Of a stretch of DNA of 64,000 bases, positions 28,463-40,043 are shown in pieces. The notes under the pieces are model-generated. The model saw only the letters and a program-made list of their open reading frames with translations, was not told where the DNA came from and made no database searches. Source of the DNA: an uncultured Holophagales bacterium (GTDB lineage: Bacteria > Acidobacteriota > Thermoanaerobaculia > Multivoradales > UBA5704); the NCBI GenBank assembly GCA_963842525.1, contig CAWJGT010000001.1:1-64000 (forward strand), given 5' to 3'. Numbering within the stretch: the stretch's first letter is position 1; each line of letters starts with the position of its first letter. The translations under genes were made by a program, and so were the position numbers.

Positions 28463-30818
28463 ATGGCTCCTGCGGGTGCGGCGGCGGCCGGTCCTGCGCC
28501 CGGGTTGCGGGTACGGCTGCTGGGCGGATTCGAGGTCTGGCACGGCGACCAGCCGGTCGGCGGCTTCGAGTCGCAGAAGGTGCGGGCCCTCCTCGCCTAT
28601 CTGGTCAGCCACCCCGACCGCGGCTTCAGCCGTGAGAGCCTCGCCGGGCTGCTCTGGCCGGACCGCGACCCCGAATCGGCCCGCCACGCCCTGCGCCAGG
28701 CAGTCTACAACATGAAGGCAAGCCTGCCGGACAACAGCCCGGGGGAGCCGCCCATTCTCAGCGACCATCTCGGCCTGCGGTTCAACGCCCGGTCGGGTGT
28801 CTGGGTGGACGTGGCGGCCTTCGAAGACGCCCTGCGCCGGGGCCGGGAGCAGGACAGCGTGGACCCCCACCACCTCTCGGCGGCCGTGCACCTCTACCGC
28901 GGCCAGCTCCTTGCCGGCTTCTTCCTCAAGGACAGCGAGTCGTTCGAGGAGTGGCTCGTGGCCGAGCAGGAGCGGCTCCGCGAGGCGGCCCTCGACGGTT
29001 TGCGCACGCTCATCGAGGTCTACCGGCGGCGCGGCGAGCACCGCCTCGGCATCCACTATGCCCGCAGGCTGATCGCCATCGAGCCGCTCTCGGAGGAGAC
29101 CTGCCGCGACCTCATGCGGATGTGCGCCCGGGCGGGCCGGCGCAGCCTGGCCCTGGCCGAGTACGAGCGGCTGAAAGGCCTGCTGGCGCGGGAAGCTCGG
29201 CGTGGACCCCCTGCGGGAGACGCGGGACCTCCATCAGTCGATCCTCCTCGACACCGCCGAGGAGGAGGTCCCCTTGCGCGACGACGCCCCGATCGGCCCT
29301 CTCGTCCCGCTGGCCGGCCGGGTCGAGCCCCTGGCCCTGCTGCGCACCGCCTGGAAGCGGGTGCTCGGCGGCGCGGCGCAGCTCGTCCTGGTGACCGGCG
29401 AGGCGGGGGTCGGCAAGACGCGCCTGATCAAGACCTTCCTCGACGTCGCAACGTCGCAGAAGTGGGCCGCGGTGCTCAAGGGGAGCTGCTTCGAACGCGC
29501 GCCGGTGGTGCCCTACCGGGCCGTGGCGGAGATGCTGGCCAGCGTCGTGGCGGACCCCACTGAAGCCGCCGAGCGGGTGCTGGCCCTGGCCGGCCCGGAG
29601 CAGCTCGCCGACGTCGCCCGGCTCTGCCCCGCCCTGCGCGACCTGCGCCCGGACCTGCCCGTTGCCGCGCCGCTGGCCGGCGCAGCGGACTGCAGCCGCT
29701 TCTTCGCGTCCGTCGCCGGCTTCGTGGCAGGCCTCTGCACCGGCGGCAGGCCGTCGTCTCCACAGCCGGTCATCCTCTTCCTGGATGACTTCCACCTGGC
29801 CGACCAGGACACCCGAGCGCTCCTCGACCACCTCGTCGTCGATCTCGCGGACCTCCCTGTGCTGGTGGTCGTCGCCAGCCGCTCCGCCGGGGCGGGGGAG
29901 GCCTTCCTGCTGCAGTCGGCCGGCGCCGGGGCTTCCCGGATCGACCTGGGGCGCCTCTCCGCGGCGGCGGTCCAGGAGATCGCCGGCTCCCTGGTGGGCG
30001 AGGAGCAGTTGGCCGTGCTGGCCCGCCTCCTGGACGAGCGCGGCAGCGGCCTGCCCCTGGCCGTGGCCGAGCTCATCAACCACTTCTGGGACGAGGGCCT
30101 GCTCATCCCGCAGGGCGGGTCCAGGTGGCGGCTGGCCGAGGCGCTCGACGAGCGCCTCGTGCCCCGCGGCGAGCCCCTTCAGGAGCTGGTCGCCGCGCGC
30201 ATCCGCCGCCTCCCCAGCTCGACCCGCCGGCTGACGGCCCTGGCCGCGGTGGCCGGTCACGCCTTCGACTCCGGGCTCCTGGAGAAGGCTGGGGACGAGC
30301 ACGCCGCCGTCGTCGAGATCGGCCTCGAGGTCCTGCTCCGGCGCTGGCTGATCCGCCAGCGCCTCCAGCACTGGGCGAGCGGCCGGCGGCAGCGCGACAT
30401 CGTGCTCTGGAGCGAGGGCGCCCGCCGGGGCAGCTTCGAATTCGCCCATCCGGTTCTCCACGACCTGATCTATGAAGAGATCCACCCGCTGCGGCGGCAG
30501 GTCCTGCACGGCGAGGTCGCCGCCGCCCTGGAAGACCTGCACGGCGGCCAGGTGGACCGCGTCTGCGAGGTCCTGGCCCACCACTACACGGCGGCGGGCG
30601 TCTGGGGCAAGGCCTGGCTCTATCTGGAGATGTCGGCCCGGCGGGCCCGCGACCTCCTGGCCCGGGACGCCGCCCGCCACCATGGCCGTCTGGCCCTCCA
30701 GGTCCTCGACCGCCTGGAGGCCGCCGCCCCGGGCGACGGCGCCTGGCGCGAGGCCCGCCGGCTTCTCGAAGACCTGCTGAGCGAGATGTCCGGTCCGGAT
30801 CCCGAAGCTGCCGCCTAG
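28463..30818 (+). CDS. SARP/AfsR-type regulator (wHTH-BTAD + AAA ATPase), frameshift ~29195
   Basis: LLGGFEV, KVRALLAYL, LYRGQLL, FEEWL, EPLSEE; GEAGVGKTRL, LDDFHLAD, FAHP. Confidence 0.88.
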
Positions 30819-31717
30819 CCGCACTTGCCGGGATCCGGGTCGAGGAGCTCGCGGTAGGGCTCGCCGCGCGCACAGCCGAACCGGGCGGCGAGCTCCGACA
30901 ATCTTGTTTCGAGCGCCTCCCGGTGCAGCGGGCTGAGCTCGCGGCCGGATCCGGCCTTCCCCTGGCGGATCACCCCCGGGAGACCCGGCCGGGCGTCCAG
31001 GAAACGGCTGTCGAGCTTCTCCTCATGCCGCTTCATGAAGCCGAGGCCGCACCGCTCGACGATCCGCGCCAGATCCTCCTCACGCAGGGGAAGGCCGCAG
31101 AAGCGGGCGACGCGGCGGGCGGTGCCCGCGAGGTCGGCGACGATCTCCTCGTAGCTCAGGAAGAGGACGTTCGGGTCGTGGCGGTGGGGCCACCAGGACC
31201 GCAGGTGCTGGAACCAGGTCGAGGAGGCGCCCCAGCCCTGGCGCAGGAACTCCTCCGTGAATGCCTCCAGGCTGGCTGTCTTGCCGAGCAGGCGCGCGTG
31301 GTGGAAGGCCGACACCGCCACGTCCCGCACGTCGCGCACGACGTAGATGAACCGGCCCTGGCGCGGGAGCTGGCGGCGGAGCAGGTGCGTCTTGAAATAC
31401 CGGGGAGAGGTGAGCGCCTCCAGGCGGTCGGCGCCGTTGCGCAGGAGCTCCCGCTCGATCCAGGGGCAGACGTCGTCGATGTGCGCGATGTCGTCCATGC
31501 CGCCGCCGGTCGTAAGCTGGTACAGCATCATCTGCATCAGCGTCGTGCCCGACTTGGGATAGGTGACGAGGAAGACGTCGTCCGGCCGCGGCCGGCAGAT
31601 CCCCCAGCCGATCCGGTACATCAGGGAATGCTGGAGTGCATGCCCGGTCCGCAGGAGGAGCGCCGGCACCGGCATCAGCGCCCTCCAGACCTTCGTCGAG
31701 AGCTTCCGTCGACCCAC
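30815..31717 (-). CDS. PAPS-dependent sulfotransferase (Sulfotransfer_1 type)
   Basis: TYPKSGTT, KTHL, RDVRDVAVS, LSYEE. Confidence 0.9.
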   Translation of the reverse strand: MGRRKLSTKVWRALMPVPALLLRTGHALQHSLMYRIGWGICRPRPDDVFLVTYPKSGTTLMQMMLYQLTTGGGMDDIAHIDDVCPWIERELLRNGADRLEALTSPRYFKTHLLRRQLPRQGRFIYVVRDVRDVAVSAFHHARLLGKTASLEAFTEEFLRQGWGASSTWFQHLRSWWPHRHDPNVLFLSYEEIVADLAGTARRVARFCGLPLREEDLARIVERCGLGFMKRHEEKLDSRFLDARPGLPGVIRQGKAGSGRELSPLHREALETRLSELAARFGCARGEPYRELLDPDPGKCG

Positions 31718-31754
31718 GCCGAAAACTTAGCACGCCTGTGGGGGTTGACAGGGC

Positions 31755-31783
31755 TTGACAGCCCCTCTCCCTCTGCCTACACT
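31755..31783 (+). promoter_or_regulatory. sigma70 promoter of groESL (TTGACA-N17-TACACT)
   Basis: Consensus -35, 17-bp spacer, directly before CIRCE. Confidence 0.85.
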
Positions 31784-31784
31784 G

Positions 31785-31811
31785 TTAGCAGTCACCGGCG
31801 ACGAGTGCTAA
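31785..31811 (+). promoter_or_regulatory. CIRCE element (HrcA operator)
   Basis: TTAGCAGTC-N9-GAGTGCTAA, one mismatch from consensus. Confidence 0.93.
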
Positions 31812-31871
31812 CAACGCGCCGGCGACCTCCACAGCAATTCTGGTCAATCCACCGTTGAAGGAGGTAGAGCC

Positions 31872-32174
31872 GTGAACATCCGTCCGCTGCACGATCGTGT
31901 CCTGGTCAAGCGCGTCGAGACGCAGGAGCAGGTCCGGGGTGGGATCATCATCCCCGACACCGCCAAGGAGAAGCCGCAGGAGGCCGAGGTCATCGCCGTC
32001 GGTCCGGGCAAGCTGACCGACGACGGCAAGCGCTCGCCCATGGACGTCAAGGAAGGCGACAAGGTCCTGATGGGCAAGTACTCCGGCAGTGAGATCAAGA
32101 TCGAAGAGAACGACTACGTGATCCTGCGCGAGGATGAGATCCTCGCCGTGATCGGCAACGGCCATCACGCCTGA
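31872..32174 (+). CDS. groES: Co-chaperonin GroES
   Basis: [12 protein letters not shown]...[15 protein letters not shown]. Confidence 0.98.
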   Translation: MNIRPLHDRVLVKRVETQEQVRGGIIIPDTAKEKPQEAEVIAVGPGKLTDDGKRSPMDVKEGDKVLMGKYSGSEIKIEENDYVILREDEILAVIGNGHHA

Positions 32175-32204
32175 GCTGCGGCTCCGCCGACAACAGATTC
32201 CTGA

Positions 32205-33878
<1,674 letters not shown>

Positions 33879-33924
33879 ACAGCCGCTCCCTGCCGGCGGT
33901 GCTCCCGCCGGCGTGAAGATCAAG

Positions 33925-33966
33925 ACGGCCGGTTCCGGGTTTCCGGGATCGGCCGTTGGTGTTTTT
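33925..33966 (+). terminator. groEL terminator hairpin
   Basis: ACGGCCGGTTCCGG...CCGGGATCGGCCGT followed by a T-rich tract. Confidence 0.6.
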
Positions 33967-34198
33967 GGGGCGACGCCCTGTCCCCCCCGGCGGGGGGAGC
34001 CGCCCCCTCGTTGGTAGTGTCCTAGTTTTTCAAACTAGGACACTACCCCCCTCGTTGGGGAGGACGCCCCCCTCCCGTCGGGAGCCGGCCCCCCCAGCCG
34101 GGGGGAGCAACCCCCTGTCCGGGGGACCTTCCCCGCTCCTGGGCGCAGATGAGACCGCCGGGGTGGCGAGGGACACGACTCCTGCATGTCCGTGCGTC

Positions 34199-34436
34199 CC
34201 CGCGGGACCACTGCCAGCCACCGCGGCGGGCGTAGATGGTCCCGCGGCGAACACTGCCGGCCCCGCGGGACCACTGCCAGCCGCCGCGGCGGACGTACAT
34301 GGTGCCGCGGGGAACCTTGCCGATCCCGCGGGGTCACTGCCAGCCGCCGCGGCGGACGTAGATGGTGCCGCGGGGAACGCTGCCGTTCCCACGGGACCAA
34401 TGCGAGCCACCGCGGCGAATGTTCATGGTCCCGCGG
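34199..34436. repeat. 21-bp tandem array (CCGCGG core, 63-bp higher-order unit), split by a transposon and resuming at 42221-42256
   Basis: Eleven 21-mers; CGCGGGGAACCTTGCCGATCCCGCGGGG occurs both here and after 42221. Confidence 0.88.
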
Positions 34437-34635
34437 GGTAGTGCTGCCCCTAGACAAGTTACACCCGCGCCAGCACCCCTGCCACCGCCTTGCGGGGCCG
34501 GAGGGGAGCCGGTGAGACACCGGGCCGATCGGGGGCCGGGTACCCGGCCCGAGGGGCGGGGGTGGAGCGGAAGTGATCGCCAGCACCTTGACATGGCCCT
34601 ACCGGTGGCAACAGCATCGCCGGCATGTCCCCTGA

Positions 34636-36213
34636 GAGCCTGTGAAAAAATCCCGGTAAGCGGTTCGTAGCGGAGCGTATCCATGAGATACTTACTGCAT
34701 GAGCGACACTCTGTTCCCTATCCCTGCGCCGGAAGTGAGTGCTGAGCCCGCCAAAGCGAAAGGGGTTCCTCGTTTGGTGGTTCCTAACCGGTCGCAGATG
34801 GAACTGCGCCCCGTGGACCTGGAAAGTCTTCTGCCGCCGGATCACGTTGCGCGTGCCGTCTGGGAGTTCGTGGAGTCCCTGGATCTGAGCCCTCTGTACG
34901 CGGAGGTGCAATCGGTGGAGGGGGGTGCCGGCCGTCCAGCCATCGACCCGCGGATCTACATGGCCTTATGGTTGTACGCCACGATTGAGGGCGTGGGCAG
35001 CGCGCGAGCCCTGGAGCGTCTGACGCTTCAACACGATGCGTATCGGTGGATCTTGGGGGGTGTATCGGTGAACCACCACTCTTTGTCGGACTTTCGGGTG
35101 CAGCACGAGGAATTTCTCGATCAGGTGCTGACGCAGAGCGTGGCGGTGTTGATGGAGCAGAAGCTGGTGACACTGAACCGTGTGTCGCAGGACGGCATCC
35201 GTGTGCGTGCCAGTGCCGGTGCGGCCTCGTTTCGGCGTCAATCGAGTCTGGAGCGCTGTCTACAAGAGGCACAGGAGCAGGTCGAACGCCTGCGCGAGGA
35301 GCTGGAGAAAGACCCGGAGGCGACGAATCGTCGTCAGACGGCAGCCCGGCAGCGCGCGGCGGAGGACCGCCAGCATCGGGTCAAGGCGGCGTTGGCGCAG
35401 ATGGCAGAGGTTGCGGCCAAGAAGCCAGCGGAGAAGAAAGACCAGGCGCGGGTGTCGACGACGGATGCCGAGGCACGGGTGATGAAGATGGGGGATGGAG
35501 GATTTCGTCCAGCGTACAACGGTCAGTTTTCGGTCGACGCCGAGACGCAGATCGTGGTGGGAGTGGATGTCAGCAACAGCGGCAGCGATCAGGGTCAGTT
35601 GGTGCCGATGCTGGAGCAACTGGAAGAGCGCTATGAAGTGATTCCGCCAGAGAGCTTGGTCGATGGTGGTTTTGCCGGTTTGAAAGATATCGAGAAGGCC
35701 AGCGAGTTGGGCACCACGGTCTATGCGCCGGTCGCCAAGCCGAAGGACAAGACGCGCGATCCGTATGTGCCTCTGTCGACCGATTCACCGGCAATCGCGC
35801 AGTGGCGCCAACGCATGGGCACACCGGAGGCCAAAGAGATCTACAAGCAGCGGGCGTCGAGCGTGGAATGTGTCAACGCTCTGGCTCGCAACCGCGGGCT
35901 GCAACGTCTGTTAGTGCGAGGCCTGCACAAGGCCCGAGCGGTGCTGCTTTGGTTCGCCATTGCCCACAACCTGATGCGCACCCTCTCGCTGGGCGCGGGC
36001 TGCGTCGCATCGGCATAAAGGTCAGGGCCTCGCGGCGAAAAGGAGGGTAATTCCCCTGTCCAAGTCTGTTTTCGACCGCTTGTCGCTGCCTTAGCTCGCG
36101 TCGGATACGATGTGGCCCCTGACCGCGCACGCTTTAGGATCCTCACATCTATTATGCGCCTTGTTACCGCCCTCCGCCTTCCAATCTCGGACCCGCGATT
36201 CCTTCACAGCCTC
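34636..36213 (+). mobile_element. IS1182-family insertion sequence
   Basis: Imperfect 21-bp TIRs GAGCCTGTGAAAAAATCCCGG / GAGGCTGTGAAGGAATCGCGG; TGA duplicated on both sides. Confidence 0.85.
34699..36018 (+). CDS. IS1182-family transposase
   Basis: LPPDHVAR, GRPAIDP, QDGIRVRA, STTDAEAR, AYNGQ, VDGGF, YKQR..VE. Confidence 0.92.
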   Translation: MSDTLFPIPAPEVSAEPAKAKGVPRLVVPNRSQMELRPVDLESLLPPDHVARAVWEFVESLDLSPLYAEVQSVEGGAGRPAIDPRIYMALWLYATIEGVGSARALERLTLQHDAYRWILGGVSVNHHSLSDFRVQHEEFLDQVLTQSVAVLMEQKLVTLNRVSQDGIRVRASAGAASFRRQSSLERCLQEAQEQVERLREELEKDPEATNRRQTAARQRAAEDRQHRVKAALAQMAEVAAKKPAEKKDQARVSTTDAEARVMKMGDGGFRPAYNGQFSVDAETQIVVGVDVSNSGSDQGQLVPMLEQLEERYEVIPPESLVDGGFAGLKDIEKASELGTTVYAPVAKPKDKTRDPYVPLSTDSPAIAQWRQRMGTPEAKEIYKQRASSVECVNALARNRGLQRLLVRGLHKARAVLLWFAIAHNLMRTLSLGAGCVASA

Positions 36214-36921
36214 TGACGCTAAACAATTCATCCTCAACGTCGTCACGGCGGTTGTCTCGGTGGTAATCGTTGCCGCCCTCGGCGCCGCATTCGGTTGGTG
36301 GCCGTTGCTTTGGGGGTGGCTCCAGAGCGGCGAGGGTGAGGTTGCTCACCGCCTCGCTTTCTTGCTGGTCGTCGCCTTGCTTCTCTATCGCCACGTCGCC
36401 CCGCTCCGGCCGCTGCCGGTTATCGTTACTCCTGTATCAGAGCCAGGCAATTACGCAGTCTTGACGGTTCGCAACCTTGGGCACGGCGGCGACTTCTACG
36501 CTACTGCCGAAATATTGGATGTCCGGCAGCCAGGAGTGAGCGGCGGGTTTAGGCGCCTCACCATGCGTCCTAAATGGGGGATGGACCGGAGAGGAGGATT
36601 CTCTTCTGTTTCGATCGACCGCCGGGGAACCGGCGACCTCTGTCTGGCAAAGATCTTTTATGATGAAACAACGAGCGGCATGATAGAAGTGCACCTAACT
36701 GATGAAGGCAAAAAACAAGAATGGTATTGCTACGAAAGAGGAGATCCGGCCGGCGGCGTAGAGATCGACTTGGAAGTCACTGTGATCAGGAAGGAAGCCC
36801 GCGAGTTCTTTCGCTTCCTCCCCATCCCCCGCCCCTACGTTGGAAGGTTTACCGTCAAAGGTAAGCCAGACGGAATCGCCACGTTAGAAACTCCGCCGGC
36901 TCATTGGTGGTCTCGATTCGT

Positions 36922-37935
36922 CTAAGCCGCCTTAGATTCGATCGCCACGGCCCCCGCCCCGTTCCCCGTCCGCAGCTCGGCTTCCCGCAGGAGGTCTTCC
37001 AGGGTCCAGGGCTTGCGCTCGATCTTGGCGGCAACGGCCGGGGGCATCCGGAGCGACTTGTGGAATTTCACGAAATTGTAGTAGGCCACGAAGACGCTCA
37101 CGGCCGCCGCAAGGTTCTCCCGCTTCCGAGAGAAGCCGTTGGACAGCAGGACGAACCGCCGGAGCCCGGTGCGCAGGGTCCAGTTGAATCGTTCAATGCG
37201 GGAGGTCCCTACGCGGTCCTCATCCGGGGTGCCAGAGATCCAAAACTTTTCACTGCCTATTAAGCGAGGCGGCGCATATCGCCGCCCCTCTTTCCCTCCC
37301 ACATTGCCGAATTCTTTGACGAGCATGCCGTAATCAACCCGAGCACCAAGGTGCTCTTCAACCGCGTTCGGATAACCGTCGAAACCGTCTGTGCTGATCT
37401 GAAACCGGCCATCCGTGGCACGTGCCAGCCGGGCCATGAAAGCGTTCGCATCCGCTGAGGTGCGCCGCCCGACGTGGTGAGCGAGCAAAACCTTCGTACT
37501 CCGCTCGATGCCGAGGAAGACGTAGCAATCGCCGGCCACCGCCGTATCGTATTGCCGCTTGCGGCGTACGGCTTCCTTGCAACGCACGAACGACCAGATC
37601 TCATCGCACTCTACGTCTATTACTTCAATGCCGCTGATCTTCTCTTCCAGGAGCTTGGCGCATCCTTCCCCGAGGTCCACCAGGAGCCGGAGAATCGCCC
37701 GCTGCGTGACACACGTAAGCCGCTCAATCGCCCGGATCGATGTCCCCTCGCAAAGCAGACCGAGGATGCGAGCGGCAACGTCATCCGGGAGCCGGCGGGA
37801 ACGGCGAGCAGCTCGGGGTAGCTTGGACTCGACCCAGACCCGCCCGCAGTCACGGCACTTGAAGCGGCTCCGGCCGTCCTGGGTGTGGCCGTAGGGGCGG
37901 TGTGACTCGCTCTGGCACTCGGGGCAGGTAGACAT
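36922..37935 (-). CDS. IS1-family transposase (single ORF: Zn ribbon + HTH + DDE)
   Basis: CPEC...RFKCRDC, GTSIRAIERL, ECDEIWSFV, STDGF, IERFNWTLR, FSRK. Confidence 0.88.
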   Translation of the reverse strand: MSTCPECQSESHRPYGHTQDGRSRFKCRDCGRVWVESKLPRAARRSRRLPDDVAARILGLLCEGTSIRAIERLTCVTQRAILRLLVDLGEGCAKLLEEKISGIEVIDVECDEIWSFVRCKEAVRRKRQYDTAVAGDCYVFLGIERSTKVLLAHHVGRRTSADANAFMARLARATDGRFQISTDGFDGYPNAVEEHLGARVDYGMLVKEFGNVGGKEGRRYAPPRLIGSEKFWISGTPDEDRVGTSRIERFNWTLRTGLRRFVLLSNGFSRKRENLAAAVSVFVAYYNFVKFHKSLRMPPAVAAKIERKPWTLEDLLREAELRTGNGAGAVAIESKAA

Positions 37936-38132
37936 GGGCGGGCTCCTTGCGGTAAGCCCGGCCGGAAGCCATAATCAGCGTGCTGGTCTGCTCGGCTTCG
38001 GTCGGGCGGGCAAGGCCCTGGGGGTCGTTGACGCGACTTCCAGGGCCGTTTTCATGCTGTGAGTATAGCACAAGGATATCCTCTGTCAACCCCCTATGTT
38101 GACTCGGAGAATCTTTCTGGTAGACTTAGGGC

Positions 38133-38357
38133 ATGAAAGACACTAGGCCAACGGACACCCCTCCCCACCGCCCCCAAGGTCGGACCCAGACGGAGCCGGT
38201 CCTCCTGCGTTTCGAGCCTGCGCACCTGGAGATGATTGACGCTGCGGCCGGGCATCTCGGGCTTGCCCGGGCTTCCTGGATACGCTCAACTTTGCTACAG
38301 GCAGCGAGGGGCGTACTTAAACAGGCAACTACTGTATCTTTACTAAGTCCTGCTTGA
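38133..38357 (+). CDS. Small ribbon-helix-helix DNA-binding protein (3' end runs into the IS66 remnant)
   Basis: VLLRFEPAHLEMIDAAAGHLGLARASWIRSTLL; divergent from the IS1 transposase. Confidence 0.6.
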   Translation: MKDTRPTDTPPHRPQGRTQTEPVLLRFEPAHLEMIDAAAGHLGLARASWIRSTLLQAARGVLKQATTVSLLSPA

Positions 38358-39521
38358 CCTTCTCCAGCGCCTCGCCGCTGAGCTTGCCCGCGTCCCGCTG
38401 ATCTCGCGCCTCCAAGGCGGCCTGCAGGATCTCTTTCACCGCCCGAGGAAAGCGCACCGCACCCCCTGTCGCCTTCTCCAGCAGCTCCTCGCAACGGCGC
38501 AACAGATGCGCCAGACAGGTCTGATGAGTCGCTTCTTCAAATTTCTGATAGGGAGCCCAACCATCAGCCACCAGCACGCCGACAAAGCCCTCCCCCAGGA
38601 CCTCAGAGGCCTCGGCATAGCCACGACCCGGCTGGATGCTGTAGACCGTCTCGCTGCGATTGGTGAACACCCACAACCACACGCTATAGCCCCCCTCCCG
38701 CCAGCCCGTCTCGTCCGGGTACACCACAGGAGAGCCTCCGGATCTTCGCCTTCAGCTCCTCGTACAAGGGCTCCAGCTTCTTACTCATGCGAAGCAGCGC
38801 GCGGCACAGGGCCGAGCGCGACACAGACAGTCCAGCCAGCTCCTTCAGCAACGCGGCGATCTTGCCGTAGCTCAAGCCTCCGACCTTGTTGAGCCAGGCG
38901 GCGAGCCCCAACACGTTTGGACCGAGTTGCACGTTGCCGACCCGGAACGCCTGGGAAGTCTGGCGCGGGTGACGCCCCACAGCTTCCCGGCCACATGCCG
39001 AGCACTTCCCATAATGGAGGATGAACTCCGTCGTCACCGGCCGAATCGGCGGCAGATCGGTCTGATACTGGCGAGCTTCGCCCTGCGGAATGACCTGACC
39101 CCCACAGTGCTCACAATACAGCGGGCACTCCACCACGATGGTTTCGTCGACGTGATCGGGCACAGCTCGAGTCGCTTGCTGACCATATTGATCCCCGGCT
39201 TTGCGCCCTGGAGACTTGGGATCCTCGCTCGGATCTCCCTTCGAGAAGGGGGCAGCCTGGCGTTTGCCCCGGCGCCGTAGCTCCTCGACAAGTTTCTCCA
39301 GATCGACGATTCGGCGCTTCAGGTGCGCAATCTGGCGCTCCTGCTCCTCCACCCGCTGGCGAAGCTCACCGTTGTCTTGGCGAAGCTCAGAGTTCTCTTG
39401 AAGGAGTTCCTCGTAAGTCGGCATGCCTGAAAGACATTAGACCATGCCGAGAAGAGAACTTCAAGCCCTTGCGGACGTGCCACCGCTCGGGGAAGGCGGC
39501 ACTAGGGCGGTAAACAGATAC
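38334..39521 (-). mobile_element. Truncated single-ORF IS66-family (ISBst12-like) element; transposase 39424-38329 is frameshifted and lacks its C-terminus
   Basis: Coiled coil, CEHCG...CSACG, DETGW, LVADGW, QTCLAHLLR; end GTATCTGTTTAC at 39521. Confidence 0.8.
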
Positions 39522-39587
39522 GCTAGCTGAAAGACGCGGACACGGCTCCTATCCTTGTGCTTTGGCGTCAAAGGGGGTAGCATTGGC

Positions 39588-40043
39588 ATGATCTTACCGG
39601 AGGCAGAATTGACCGCAATCCTAGAGGACCCCTCGAAAGCGATTGACGGCGACCTCTACTGGACGCTTCGCAACGATTTTGGCCCATTCGCGTTTTTCCA
39701 GGCTCGTGTTGACTCCTCGGAAGGTTGGCCTATCTTTATTAAAGGCAGCCATAATCACGAAGCATCAAAGTTGGCTTTCGCCATCATTCACCAAGGCTAT
39801 GGCCGCAGGATATATGGTCTTTGCCTCGGTTACGGACATACCAATTTAGACAGGAGTAGAGCGGAAAGCCCGCACAAGCATCGCCCAAGAGAGAGCGACG
39901 ATAAGTACGCCTATGCTGCCTCCGACATCACGGCGACAATTCTCGACCCGCTAGACGTGTGGAGCCAATTTTGCCGCGAAGCACGGATCACCCATCGGGG
40001 AAGGCTTCATCGCCTTCCCTCCATCCAGGCGGAGCTTCTATAA
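39588..40043 (+). CDS. Hypothetical protein (DUF6978-like), coupled to the next gene
   Basis: GHTNLD...PHKH...FCREARI; TAATG overlap with the next ORF. Confidence 0.55.
   Translation: MILPEAELTAILEDPSKAIDGDLYWTLRNDFGPFAFFQARVDSSEGWPIFIKGSHNHEASKLAFAIIHQGYGRRIYGLCLGYGHTNLDRSRAESPHKHRPRESDDKYAYAASDITATILDPLDVWSQFCREARITHRGRLHRLPSIQAELL

Larger units (their letters stand above)
34625..36925 (+). pseudogene. Hypothetical membrane protein interrupted at codon 4 by IS1182 (body 36214-36925)
   Basis: Removing the IS and one TGA restores ATG TCC CCT GAC GCT AAA (MSPDAKQFILNVV...); two N-terminal TM helices. Confidence 0.75.
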
